A stretch of DNA of 64,000 bases from a virus. Lineage: Duplodnaviria; Caudoviricetes. Made by a program: the position numbers and the translations under genes. The notes below the pieces were generated by a model. That model worked only from the letters and a program-made list of their open reading frames with translations, ran no database searches and was not told where the DNA came from. Below, piece by piece: positions 25,101 through 28,700 of this stretch (its first letter is position 1; the number at the start of each line of letters is the position of its first letter). The stretch spans positions 16,586 to 80,585 of the IMG/VR virus record IMGVR_UViG_3300028591_000166, one strand, 5' to 3'.

Positions 25101-25312
25101 TCGTTATTAACAGCAAATGGAGATTGTGCCATTTGTTGTAATGAATATTTATATTGGTTAGTGAAAGCATTTTGTATGTTTTGTATATTACGTCCTACAG
25201 TACCACTAGGCCCTATAACTAGTGGAGCAATAGCAGGACGTGCATAAAATTGTGCAGGATAAATCCTGCTATTGTTAATAGGTTGGATTGGTTTCTTTAC
25301 ATATGTAGCCAT
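1139..25312 (-). CDS. Giant (8057 aa) putative virion/ejection polyprotein containing a single-chain two-barrel RNA polymerase and a DEDD exonuclease-like domain
   Basis: Uninterrupted 24,174 nt ORF with a GAGG RBS, downstream of the capsid operon. Motifs: FED (E5682/D5683), GSK-IWAGAGY-KG (K5702/K5710), KRGTYGMLLE (R5737), IRVP (R6195), GGDNDGD (D6231-D6235), IMDMET (D4410/E4412), AHNGKQFD (D4559). Confidence 0.9.
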   Translation of the reverse strand: MATYVKKPIQPINNSRIYPAQFYARPAIAPLVIGPSGTVGRNIQNIQNAFTNQYKYSLQQMAQSPFAVNNELYMERIRDKYGYNDEDWYEAAGIIGGTVGAGIGALAGGGLITSPFESTNIFSRKFWNKNNFQNPWTGKFSSKRLDTSKAFRSTDYDKVKNVIYNTASKEITDYNDKINLLNKASKKYNKFIKGLNKNEKEYIELNNQIKELSKKINLTDDEKTLLANLKAKQATITKPVNADDLIKTADNLLDTVDKAQDAVDTAKSTTKAAIKKASDSVIDAVKSSKNISKSADTISDITKIATEVTDDTTKIVEQGSKAVSRSAGFAPVVGIAMDTVGLGLDIAGLVQSIQADNDNELMKGLSIGLNTASVVGDVVALVGDTLEIAGSGASSTGIGAVVGAPLFAVGEVLDVIGTVMSMAAGAINGFLVGQTVGHSLTPSGLKAQQLFNMNLYSSWINRPLTSIATVVTMAASTWSMDRLSMLSDSNKGIARAIGWLPNKLVNTSTGNYFRSGVTMLANKGITALTTKFEDSWERPDDIDDLSFVSALSIYGDINDNLFGASQRKAALIGMAEGDPNAYVKAMAQAWGYGPDIYNSPTIAEARQKANINLGSIGNSIFDTIGEILIDPQNLTEVAQSISRNNFKKSFYKYMKKDATEAYMKVLNGATLDDIDSKFIFKTTTDSDGKIIISMKDGLPELSSLGSSLIYGSNTNIPNTFSRYIDSWLEGGKEAIADTYASIQTLYKGTNVEVIKIIDDSTLDVPDIINKYFTSKIQRSQSDINAQEVNVDFKKTLEEYHRLKNKKEELTQEEKDIFTKAQHTFESLYSYYGITDNNDDTDNIIINKFIDDLKLTPRDTQVYKLYSLNVNMKNQMDMINQAGQIVNSLSNIPVFTFKQIIMPLYQAWKNSYKTVTNSKKSIRILKVSKILKDKSDAFLTKEEKEKIAKPESVFNSEKLFKEKESKYIPDEQIVQVKDRAKNINEETIKKVNETKERLDEAKKQLKYSDEIKLKYYIKTSNGEDTIKIETEEEANKIRQEIEQLEGGSDLTDAQIKANIKLLSKEQKARYDALCIIYGEYAAIHSDSNIYETAFSTVNALRYAITHIGQELSDDYIKTVSKYIRLKKVYTSTPLTLNSLKRLIFNNKSKLTDTESFMDVLTSWLTKQGKKITDDTAKEIKDYIENKKYNITKSTGIKEFLDFLNKDGFISNNTDESIQDLLSEKGALEVSALLNGLPLVIKNANGEFEEISKTDLGIGLKYIDKKTKKLSVKFTHTFNSALINIINSVTYKLGYKTPLIDDIELSDNDAMTFDKWKETSNLPIQRQEYLRTIIYNYIVSHDPNISTDTLEKLCSEAYLNDIIRSLDRLANYPSKSSNTRVQYIPLNELTQNQMQYLIYKKAINDENSEVHKVIKAYIEKFNILLKDINTSLESMNLNKDELRLMRQGLENTINTCMEPLRNTTIYSFIKAHATAMHSLDEDTGLKFFVNMDSLYDHIVLKSEDKITSKDSGTEVLRKTALMYNSDFIKVAEEKLNISKISKALNEEHIQENVETNYEPDSEAQAIKEETRKNHKTNENIKNYKRSIKEEFDDAAYIIMKKDEAKNIKITKDMLDKINKKDHIKVYTFLDDFSGNNRAARASRYELFKELNSYYFANKYEQLNYNGKRGAYIELSPTVFTHISVNGKITFTNYRDTIDYDSNEDAYLNNVHNEMISLVDYCYKYKYNIGYFNENNVFINLNTKDISREDLIETLCNNYVDGKNIIIQLQQVKDGVYKQYNATQGYIANQFKNKVYRAIDYLLDNDDDFKDIASKYTSLKNPDHILEDILKLEKSIRNKLLTKIYDNAMYILKPELAHKTPITGIAEIRNISDRLSEFEKSMVRSSQDKSLRIATDSIKDIVYRDKDFLDYIDDIVHLTEYENNTDAKTLVGALLKEMSDVFEEDTTGKKNYYKGLVDRIDKNTETGEFTLVLEDGTIMSFDEFTKTYRLNLYGFSSLLHSKLIQNKDERTAVKDFISASNQYRIALNRNSETSALGYSARSKDLFTAQVKSKDDSLSDREIEKIYNTLNDTRFMKFINDHETVSTRLNYMGSSKESKEMFKIVFNTDVIEAYKASGGYNQQFFIQCLNMYKKYKDNNENTEQADLLKKLICKVFLRNIRISTGNYNDQRIEKLESDAKIKEVKISTTEDDYLKRKYQVELNLLNKDIERAKSISSKIHDIGDVRLSEQILNDYCSGKINEETITDYYLNTNYTYDANKYVVAKKRNTDEYHLVDKNKTDISGKKLVTETSALPRVCLNIIENIYKFDFSKVQKDPDHIEEQYKKIEKDYEYCGAIVQKITNNNILIIVNNDTTDIDKKIKNIKAQYHNTNVYILTKDQFNKFVKNSTVDFNNIDCSYTYEYTDSSCEVNEIINKTAQDTIVPMFMHDLNSFLKDYNLYDNDRQIKNNQNIVEAIKKLEEAIDLHNKYTLYDQALDSGRDLLHTYTFAGLQRIGKLILAHQKFIDYFRDTNDDSIISINMISRFFTNEYIKNDIDDADIINTLHQTKGYNEVSNLKNKNGDTLDQALLNAIHYMRSNYADDIDNFKYEDILEDNFVDRINELIGGLTEASNTFASEWKKNSKNWKKTLQKYLNLLSTKERTNLYTQSSMRLKTIFDIEKELPINKNGKVSLLELMDAIKKDFEYNKYKRTTEAYNLDKLQSEYIKNKQTDKYKKHIHYSVVNKLVKACEKIDEKLSKNKCIVNFTNTELNTDPDVRNLVDFLGISEDTLNTISKNLPKNKRNINIHKFIYLNIVKPYIQNIGMRTLKHTQTYENATNEFMYLETATMSFMSDLNIAKQYGLISEEEYNRLSDKYINNTLKINSIKYLDSSYRFKYSYFSPSYYIDTPDKPILYTESSMGLPFETTDPVKEGYIPQLALDALGIDKHKTLQNAFDTILDNVEDAITGGVDVKKTLSINYENLDKELNDNKLLESTSTIKDLYNYIINKNNLLYTDLNKDLLVVIMSAYKLKRAESSNIFDTVDKIISYILSDGNNSNLQDINDLAKPSKNGGNIYELKDKGIEYINETVRLFEQNWDIIQRWYELKSKDKAPNIELKDMPHTFGRDILNKDTEFYKWFIKHFNKDILNNKELRNLLGLTKKDEVSKYFGITEIKNNDVSTINNYTLEQVYKNLLNNAIYKNKTNLNTDINEFYTLIMYIEKRKNDYMSETLHNKNIELTPENVVEYFEEQPLINNITFIQDFNNVHAFDRKTNSISINITDEISKPVRLLNKMRKDIKAKNDMFNTILIDNSEDYVTNDTLKKSYLVCTDNNMKKMARDINSSRLGVLFKADQKGNDYTSTLRNFREALDTFTMELFLEIEAPNYNNVGSMNTTFPEIRKYFTEAYKLFIDPKNWKDKDFIRINEIITAIQDLNNNKDPILIERSLAAFSLMREDMINKINNNKDITDKETELRKLNDSINKSLEDIVDFFNSKGYLINLSVNYTKEIIGYIWYNRQQSTKDIDKRINESTEAFKKMWNDISIYKDYVKHDPINTLYNICNSNKTEEEKINEFCDLVFEFRLTEEDKTNGVKAYDKLTEYEQQYVKDLIDMYTYTKHITLPVRVLYDTYEEAQRYTSDAATLYGEQSLATITAKNTLTNIRNKLTKVEEELQKAKDDITNAYREHYLRTRKESSDLSFNMFISGNYASEMTKAYYKKLEELDNINNQIHLNEQGRQKKKLYFVLWLVQNSNLKEDYQNGLKEYFNENIKDKTDEIDNLLLRLHIKDNLTKLKKEIRNYAELTNKLKTKEYGFYNYLRQHYDDLHNDDLYTELFAIKSDMQTEQGREKYKRLSKYYIDQLPGSKKEFEELIKRYDDTIQQINAYQYNSRYGSNNSITKTILNKAGLETNKISTDNMSKLIGMYKYIIAKEHSIEVIDNGTTTFDKLLQETSNQFIDALGTSEDKEEYREYRYVLHRVINKLDKEIQEFKRNSKNDIKEKFKKRLNIDIDNNEIYKQEILQLLYKEEKPYEELFGKTIAQVNYRLGLLSNLDDLGIGYLIDDIQYANTKPEAYTLDMRNRKYNTYHGIIERCKNIKTVLIREIINKFSYSVEDKKVLSALKPSLISNCFEIKNKKITLKQNGLEKLQKATGLKDLDINKALGLYHDYQLNQANDILKLIDAEHIDDMEVAANQYRNNTSYIRSISGLNNLNTISPKSKYYDAAKYILDSYLNDLENNTLVLNEDINNKDFINNYYDRFNTDQDEKLKNEKKKLEKEFEIYQQFKDAYGDSSDNNIDKKEKEIKELKNLLEVAEKEYKEAKENYIDSQYIYDEAKEKGKNTNIGLFKTYYGLDKNATEEEAINLAYNLIDKYNLDPNKKLTTNTEDPELHDAATDTVITFLNYIFQKGRQINKLNGVENNIDNIIKAMNTSSYYIMDMETLPSIDEYDSTPYQITLIQVENGVVKNMINTYYSNPVVNDIIKNNDGSISYGDDLMKFYKQQKNIWSKSTETEKEIEKIKTTDSYKNASNQEEYLNDKLETYYKNKFEKLRIKLSETKNTLYSTKVILHALVSTDCPIIAHNGKQFDFHKYNDFIQSYVSRLIRNEFYLCYQKYEPKQIIAKITNNGTINYSNDEQVNEYYKALEDAIDELRMKKVSTTIGQRKIEEAVRNLYVAIVRARVTSEYKKQIALTTGIILNDTQVNDMFNNPNSQYNIIKDKLYKSFNTPTEYPKETCIQEMYDIIITNKDNVTETDKSDLKISLGVLYDKVFEAYDNNINGALKVISSPKYETCEKLTKEIVKDLFNDDISDNKLNNTSLQDRIIAKNRIIKSIDTTIDLLETDMTKDDILKFTKERTKELDELKALNEQMSKDIASTELMIKENSKAYDEIVERLTKLETYYNGVIEKLRGKALEDINAQLSSRITNKKLELRSTTSYVNAKYAFDQSSLRLKQCLSNLKTFVKALKSAKDSDISVKDQDITRYLKDTQSLIDVNSIKTNKDRDNTIKLLKKYIKEYTENKKKAEELNEELQKENIKQEVLDDINKYVNTYKEGLITKYNNIIEGLQKKIDNLGIFKDVKNKFTTVDSVEKIKDNFELISKIIDNKNKTNTKVANNFDLEEITSIIINNLEPLYNTSKAMEGINNVKLFQPMYDTMISFFDNEIIKTNNIIDFISNLDFVPQSENDTSTILYKDITKAIDTYIKETLDIVGDSNEISKALTRLDSDLLYNNNATKTYITTDTNEIKEYNKVASTRIDPNSDVAREAYNYCGSTFVLPTLRSNNDQYAWKLRDDTLYVNAVNSLRAEEDEDKYVTFITSDSYNNTLCKCSMKVNKDGSYKFQNVEINYAYNLKGEELEKPQIKTIKFNSLEDFENTCNQSYNFYNFLKNDSKQGIHINASRLKFSNYGFTDTGYEAANKLLNFIKDPNALTKATPVTNVPIKKLKLVNITQESIDKFLDWTSVINYSNQGEGGYNNLSNVYLGIMNKLLGKYTALDPGKILNGIPDEFANGSEIITYTAEDLKNVDGTGLDIAATEASEGSMGNVFTIKDMLTPEALFSANTNSVRLVLISKLITARYTPLKIINDLYLDERIGDSNNINLTSYLQLPDNSKEYINWRSKLIEKEKESIKELNPDITDEQINNYLKERKKEIDEETKKRYDEIVIKGHNKDRDAFTPHVETLNNSKNYNNGTYSKQGVNTTITYVNDPRAFEDTMLVDEDYAILMGIEEGSKIWAGAGYKGAVKYIKGLAKQYGTNFVATGESIIKRGTYGMLLELALNKMLDYKLGYIDQSELFSNTIKIDNKTKESILSFIENNIHKCNTYEDAKQYDIAIVNNKIVVNPETDIENYFKTNGIEDYTTVIRKTLNLTNANNNAIEDVYRYYDDGTESSKAIEYIGGAWSGTAYIRIDTENYAKHKQTNPTYKGDGTLTYAERDNKGSIESGGMLSYSLDLILSQKVGYNWRKYVLENDVTKRLTNLVNSLSINGLKQYDEDIKEFIENNIDAALKEEKITEPNELSESGKENLAIKFIQQLNNNQLISQYYNKDFINYFKFMFDYYKDIDQEFSQIRAINIDKAIRIKAAKELISDRGLGYRLQYARHIASRSQIVANTSLKLGEIKLPYNQLQELLKDKNIHHTLELIPYKEDINSINNLSTNEKVEAINQLINSGVYPTTKDNNGNIYTNYELIHPIYKSIAGIKKLVSIDGIKNINHDLKQTIMSVFAIRVPVQDYNAVPIVKVVGASLHPATECYTYLYKMIGGDNDGDTATFIPVDKSSITKDGLLQKLDASKPEYYDKGYFTDVNEDSYNIKKDTNNNLTDVLDSYESSDMRHAFYGKLAAKGEGDKKIRGNKAHYAWCELFQLITDEDLYTKLSKNFNSDDTTLTQLEHKDTTTDIENTYSFWISAYILKQTGGETTNSEFTNYSLKNKKGMEDFYEKHKDEIDKMRIVNNYITRQLSENGDSSELAKAFGDNNIAATKRKIINEATAITLQRGRLSKLGINMVGGQRKDINGGAAENMFDELNENNGRDAEGNNNWTVNYNIEAEQNGIVVVTPLKLIEAAAKKDNIQNLIPNLLKIKYIKNNEKEYIKKLETELKKLSVFNDASKALNKKEVLQFIEDSFLDYNRIKIDMYTVIDFLNNSDATYSDLKNLLINTSFISDDNSGDTDLYLTSLKNTIRDDNNNKVAPFMKKILAASIFGSDFNTQFRLINNLSTTEEKKNYVDNLADQYLNQVVLTRQLSKMLSDLAQGPISLSKHGTIIFNPESKFLEYITSTRDFKKNYAIRKITIGGGISQDKTVAMGLSKIRDDDIDFNFNDDYISTMRDAHASEKYKVDNYKESLLHNSDEYNNLQKSITYGIRKQLFKEDYLSNNTQAYSKVEDAISNLENLLTDENNKLINFNNLNKNTKENLYENIMVLRKYDIPLYRIIYAIINGFTHLNEANNVLRNAGINTFYTKTNINIPILKQTKCLMEMYLGSIYLDRDSFRRLNYALIKDGDEKEKAIINYLLGVDDVDSDLYLLSGELRDIKEAYDLNKQYDNLWDRIESIANGNMKEDSNEVNKLRPQFVHDVLKSLNDTQLYLSNQQITLADNLINFINEIKLEESIYKTTAKQIEDLVNTPTRHNDSWEQIIHEIIEDYADTRSIFLKPTEKNITKAFFELRKLEQQKNKLIKTRDKLEKLQSIKEFEINKLNTFLNNNDKDKLRKSLNLEKNNYLDDIEKDKHMAIDWALSENIGGLLSFLKTSKGELLNDGTINMNTHKELTNEDIQDFYNSKLMQLDNYQVPFINQLSLFIKKNSKGNQEPDFDAFWNYLKENYRSLRVTVIRKPDKSESQGLLKGLNDFFKKDADDVLHNWDVEKQGKKPKRNSYKLNQELRFNTLEELTSFLKTHTKDSDIKFTFNGKTYNGISDKLDLSDNGIYAKYMTPTLTELQIRGPKDLKAIYDLIIENKENAPEIGITNINYIMEADEFSFKPYKLDGKFSRVIGILNSIQKVLLRMSSGFLLRNMADTIYQLKSEELRQLGYASQLNIKQLHNLYHLSDQIYNVYQYVYDERILTLSEVNMHYEDIIKLAKTESNKELIETKMNLIKDKLISYIKITNTLTDNSNTTKAMQNNLDYIEKLINGIDKSINILNSKEPEKYIFKAVQNSYDLQQAVKFLMNISFAEYYRLYDNIIEPDGTIIKGFRIDASKESMQPRKACSKIQRFKDNQTDLKGAEAMLFEVSAFMNTQAENDYLKAQQYETLYRMMDEYRNTNHTFNNEISIEDIQKMLKETKKQYSKNLAEFITEGNLMTPLYKYLTERTENVARITYFIFNRTMYDKTFDESVAMSLRTWFNYGQRSPFEKQLMFDIPYISFPMRALGDWCDRILDPRFAVFMDDIIDGMYGQYQDEDGQYDEWTKFMIANGWLPIGRHIGVRAGNGMWDVQSLLNSSSEYITQRYNPILRAISKMIDTGDFKQAIQQLATVGALTKAANVVSPKHISIKNGEVQLTQKSLGNSNSLFFEYNNYNNYDSYNTIGNYNYTNGYSKYTPYNYRRTNNGRWTKYENIYKDLFTKYGKHRSQSKNPYDIVKQIQWERIVRSMRSKYRK
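6600..6740 (-). other. Beta-prime-like catalytic barrel (RxP and DxDGD) within the giant ORF
   Basis: IRVP at R6195 lies 36 residues before DNDGD (nt 6608-6622). The RpoC R425 to D460 spacing is 35. Confidence 0.88.
8070..8320 (-). other. Beta-like double-psi beta-barrel motifs within the giant ORF
   Basis: RAFEDTMLV resembles E. coli RpoB YNFEDSILV. GSKIWAGAGYKG has the same K-x7-K spacing as GDKMAGRHGNKG. KRGTYGMLLE resembles SRMNIGQILE. Confidence 0.85.
11630..12230 (-). other. DEDD-superfamily 3'-5' exonuclease-like domain within the giant ORF
   Basis: ExoI-like YYIMDMET (nt ~12075-12095) and ExoII-like IIAHNGKQFD (nt ~11636-11665). ExoIII is ambiguous (see findings). Confidence 0.7.
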
Positions 25313-25342
25313 ATATTATACCTCACTTAATAAAAATTATTC

Positions 25343-25392
25343 TTACATAAATATATTAACATATATTTATGGATATTAATATATTTATGTAA
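25343..25392. promoter_or_regulatory. 17-bp perfect inverted repeat with 16-bp spacer upstream of the giant gene; putative operator
   Basis: TTACATAAATATATTAA (25343-25359) / TTAATATATTTATGTAA (25376-25392), with a third partial copy ATATATTTATG in the spacer. Confidence 0.6.
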
Positions 25393-25420
25393 AAAGACCA
25401 TAGAGTTATACCCTATGGTC
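25391..25420 (-). terminator. Intrinsic terminator ending the capsid operon
   Basis: GACCATAG / CTATGGTC stem (25396-25420) followed by TTTTT on the minus strand. Confidence 0.8.
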
Positions 25421-25426
25421 AATTTA

Positions 25427-25765
25427 TTAGAGTCTTCTGAAATCACCGTTTACTGGATCACCCATAAAGTTAGCATTTTGTTGTGCAATCTTAATTTGTC
25501 TATCTATATGATTTAGATATTTCTTAAGAGCATTATAGTGACCTTGCGAGATTTCAAATTCAGAACCATCAACAGGTAGTTTTCTGAAATTACCATTAAA
25601 TGCAATAGTAATTGTTTTACCTACATATCTAGCATACAAAGGTGAAATACTATATTTAATATTTGATGTTTTGTATAGCTTGATATCATTCTGCTTAGCC
25701 TGGTTTTCTTTTGACTCTACGCCTTTTACTAAACTGGATGTTAGGTCAAATGTGTCTTTTGCCAT
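25427..25765 (-). CDS. Hypothetical protein co-transcribed with the capsid gene; possible virion protein (112 aa)
   Basis: From the ORF track. GGAGG RBS; lies directly downstream of the MCP gene. Confidence 0.75.
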   Translation of the reverse strand: MAKDTFDLTSSLVKGVESKENQAKQNDIKLYKTSNIKYSISPLYARYVGKTITIAFNGNFRKLPVDGSEFEISQGHYNALKKYLNHIDRQIKIAQQNANFMGDPVNGDFRRL

Positions 25766-25802
25766 CTGAGTGCTGCCTCCTTTTAATAATATTTAATTTT
25801 AA

Positions 25803-27605
25803 CTACTTAACGTTAGAAGTTTTATCGTTAGCAGTATCTAGTAAGTTAGTGTATAAACCTTTAACTTCTACAACATGCTTAGCATCCCAAGCACCTGCAT
25901 CGTGTTTCTTTGTAAATACATAAACTTTACCATCTGTATAAACTACAAGATCGCCTGGTTCATAAGATGAAGATGTGCTAAATGCTGGATAGTCTTTTAG
26001 AAGTCTATTAGGAGCATTTACAACAACATCATTGTATTGGTTAACTGCTGCAACTTCCATCTTTTGGTATGCATCTTTAGTAGAAGTAGCTGCTACAAAT
26101 GAGTTAACATCTGTAGATGCGTTAGTACTGTTATCTAATAATACTGGATGTCCTACCATATAAGCTGTTGTAAGTGCTGCAAATTCTGCATTTACAGGGA
26201 TACCATAAGTGATACAGATTGCTTCAGGACGTTTGATAGCAAGTCCGAAACCATCAACTCTGTAACCAATTGATTGTCTTTGATTTAATGGATCAAGAAC
26301 ACCAGAAGAACCTACTGGTTTAACAATGATTCTTGGAGCATCTGATAATCCTTCATAGTTAAGTTTAATCATAGCTTCATCACCGAATAAGATTCCTCTA
26401 TGTACTGGTAATTGCATAAATGCACCATCATCAATTAAACCATTAATAGCAGTTAGATAAGTAGATACATTAGCGTCTTGACCAGTTGTAGTAATTGTTA
26501 CAGGTGTAAATACTGTATGTTTAACACCGTATGAATCTGTTGTATGAGAAATTGTAGCGGCGCCAATACGTACTTTTGAAGAAGATGCTTCAACGATATC
26601 AGCGTTACTTGTTGTAAATGTTTCAGTATTAGTTGGAACTTCCCATTTAGTAGGATATTCTACTGCTGTACCATCTGATAAATATTCGACTTCTGCTCCA
26701 GTACTTTTAGCTGTTATATTATTTGTAGTGTCTACTACAAAGTCTTGATGTACATCTAGATAGTAAATTGTACTATCTTTAACAGCGTATAATCTGATAA
26801 TTTCTTTTCCTGTTGAGTCTTCATAAACACCAGGGAATTCTGTATCAGGATATGCAAATTCATCAAGCATAGTAGGGATAAAGTTAAGATCGAATAATGG
26901 GAAGCATTCACCACTGGTCCATAAGTTACCAGTAGTATTATTAATCTCCATATACATCTTAACTCTTGGATCATCAATTAAACCATTAATAAATTCTTGA
27001 GAACAGATATAATTGAATTTACCACTAACTGGTTTAACTTGCATACGTTTCATACGTGCAGTTAAGAATCTTAAATCATCGATAGTGATTGCATCACCGA
27101 ATTGTAAATCTGCAAAACCACCTTTGAAGTTAGCATAGAATTCGTTTGGTGAAGATAACCAAGTTTTACGAGCATATAACTCTTTAGTTTGGTTAGCATT
27201 TTCACCATATTGAACAGATCTTTCTGCTACGATTTCAGAGATTACAGACATATCAATTTGGTCTGTATATTCACTCCATCTACCAAATGAATAAACATTA
27301 CCTACTTCAATATATTCATAAGCATGTTTATCTGGTGCTGGTGGAAAACCTTCAAGTAAAGGTCTAAGTGTAGGTGTCATACCTGCCCATCTACGGAAAC
27401 GAGCAACTTTAGCACCTTTCTTAATATTAACTGTTTCTGCATATTTTAAATGCACATAATTTTCTTCGCCGTACTTTAAAGAATCTAAAAGGATTGTATC
27501 ATAGAATTCTTCAGGCGAAAACCCAGGACGATAATTTCCGTCCTTATCATAAAGCATACCAAGGACGGTATTTACATTTTTGAGGTCATGTAAACTGAAC
27601 TTCAT
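25803..27605 (-). CDS. Major capsid protein, N4-gp56-like, with an internal insertion and a C-terminal CBM5/12-like module
   Basis: N-terminal FYD.ILL...KY...V.IKKG.K...FRRW and C-terminal GS.G..DPLNQRQSIG.R motifs match my recollection of N4-gp56-family capsids. The tail YPAFSTSSSYEPGDLVVYTDGKVY...W resembles CBM5/12. Confidence 0.85.
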   Translation of the reverse strand: MKFSLHDLKNVNTVLGMLYDKDGNYRPGFSPEEFYDTILLDSLKYGEENYVHLKYAETVNIKKGAKVARFRRWAGMTPTLRPLLEGFPPAPDKHAYEYIEVGNVYSFGRWSEYTDQIDMSVISEIVAERSVQYGENANQTKELYARKTWLSSPNEFYANFKGGFADLQFGDAITIDDLRFLTARMKRMQVKPVSGKFNYICSQEFINGLIDDPRVKMYMEINNTTGNLWTSGECFPLFDLNFIPTMLDEFAYPDTEFPGVYEDSTGKEIIRLYAVKDSTIYYLDVHQDFVVDTTNNITAKSTGAEVEYLSDGTAVEYPTKWEVPTNTETFTTSNADIVEASSSKVRIGAATISHTTDSYGVKHTVFTPVTITTTGQDANVSTYLTAINGLIDDGAFMQLPVHRGILFGDEAMIKLNYEGLSDAPRIIVKPVGSSGVLDPLNQRQSIGYRVDGFGLAIKRPEAICITYGIPVNAEFAALTTAYMVGHPVLLDNSTNASTDVNSFVAATSTKDAYQKMEVAAVNQYNDVVVNAPNRLLKDYPAFSTSSSYEPGDLVVYTDGKVYVFTKKHDAGAWDAKHVVEVKGLYTNLLDTANDKTSNVK

Positions 27606-27788
27606 AATAATTTTTCTTTTCTCCTTTTTTATTTTTTTTGTTTTTTGTTTTTTGTTTTACTGGTATCTGTGCTATCAGTGCGCACGAGATTTATACTTTC
27701 TCAAAGTCTGGCGAAAATATTTATATAAACAGTTGCCGAAGTTGTTTATAATGTAATCTAGACATTAAAGGAGTCCGTACCTATAATA

Positions 27789-27818
27789 ATTATAAAACAT
27801 ATAATTATTGTTTGTCAA
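27789..27818 (-). promoter_or_regulatory. Consensus sigma70/sigmaA promoter for the capsid operon
   Basis: TTGACA (27818-27813), 18-nt spacer, TATAAT (27794-27789). Confidence 0.8.
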
Positions 27819-28186
27819 ATAATTTTTCCTATATGCTGTTGTTTAAACCACTTTCTCTCCCAATATACTTTTAAAAATTTATAACTATCTTTAAATGCTT
27901 CATAGTGCATATTAGCTAGCTGCACATGAAGTTTTTTATTATTAGGAAATATTTTAGTTTGTATAAATATAGCTAAAGGTATTGTAATTAATTTTTCTGC
28001 AGTAAAAGGTAGGTAGAGAAAAGCGACATATGTGGAAGAAATTACTTTTAACCAGGAAATTTTGTAAAGGAAACTGAGAGCAAGACAAATATATGCCCAC
28101 CCATTAGTAATGAACCAAGCAATGCCAAAGCTTAACAAGAATTTTAAATTTAGAAAAGGTAACAAATAAATTTTTAGTTTTTTCAT
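27815..28186 (-). CDS. Membrane protein (123 aa)
   Basis: From the ORF track. Several hydrophobic segments; an extended -10 (TGtTATAAT, 28214-28206) lies upstream. Confidence 0.65.
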   Translation of the reverse strand: MKKLKIYLLPFLNLKFLLSFGIAWFITNGWAYICLALSFLYKISWLKVISSTYVAFLYLPFTAEKLITIPLAIFIQTKIFPNNKKLHVQLANMHYEAFKDSYKFLKVYWERKWFKQQHIGKII

Positions 28187-28221
28187 ATGCGCTTTCTCTA
28201 TACTAATTATAACATATAAAT

Positions 28222-28250
28222 AAAAAAAGACACCTATTTATATAGGTGTC
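28222..28250 (-). terminator. Intrinsic terminator
   Basis: GACACCTAT / ATAGGTGTC 9-bp stem followed by T7 on the minus strand. Confidence 0.85.
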
Positions 28251-28257
28251 TGGAATA

Positions 28258-28692
28258 CTATTTCATTGCTAGATAGTAGCAGAGTGCTTTTCCTTCTTTA
28301 GCATCTTTATCAGTTAAGAATTTTTTAGATATTTTAGCGTATGTGTTAACATCATCAGATACTGCTCCATAGTAATCAGAGTAGATCATATTCATAGTGT
28401 AGTTCCAATCATATTCATTATACTCTTTAAAAGTTATATTCATATTTCTTGCAACAGAGTTAGTTTCATCAATAGTCCAATGTGGTCCTGTAGTACCATC
28501 TTCATTAACCATATATTTAGTCGCTTTTTCTAAAAGCCAATCGCTAAAGTGTTTACCATAAATCTCTTTATATAAATGAATTTCTAGATCTTCATATAAA
28601 TCACTATGTGTTTCTTTTAACATACTTAATGTATCACATATAAAAGATTTAAGTTGTTCGTAACTAGCATGTTCAATTAATGTTTTATGCAT
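28258..28692 (-). CDS. Conserved phage hypothetical protein (last gene of the five-gene cassette)
   Basis: From the ORF track. The W/Y-rich helical motif WNYTMNMIYSDY recalls proteins I have seen in Bacillota phage cassettes. Confidence 0.75.
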   Translation of the reverse strand: MHKTLIEHASYEQLKSFICDTLSMLKETHSDLYEDLEIHLYKEIYGKHFSDWLLEKATKYMVNEDGTTGPHWTIDETNSVARNMNITFKEYNEYDWNYTMNMIYSDYYGAVSDDVNTYAKISKKFLTDKDAKEGKALCYYLAMK

Positions 28693-28700
28693 AGTAGTAC

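Noticed and set aside
1139-25312. Giant ORF as a tape measure protein or an N4/T7-type single-subunit RNAP
   Set aside because: No tail tube or sheath genes were recognised, the tail module is podovirus-like, and no periodic TMP repeats were seen. The motifs found belong to the two-barrel class; I did not notice T7-type motifs, although I could not search exhaustively.
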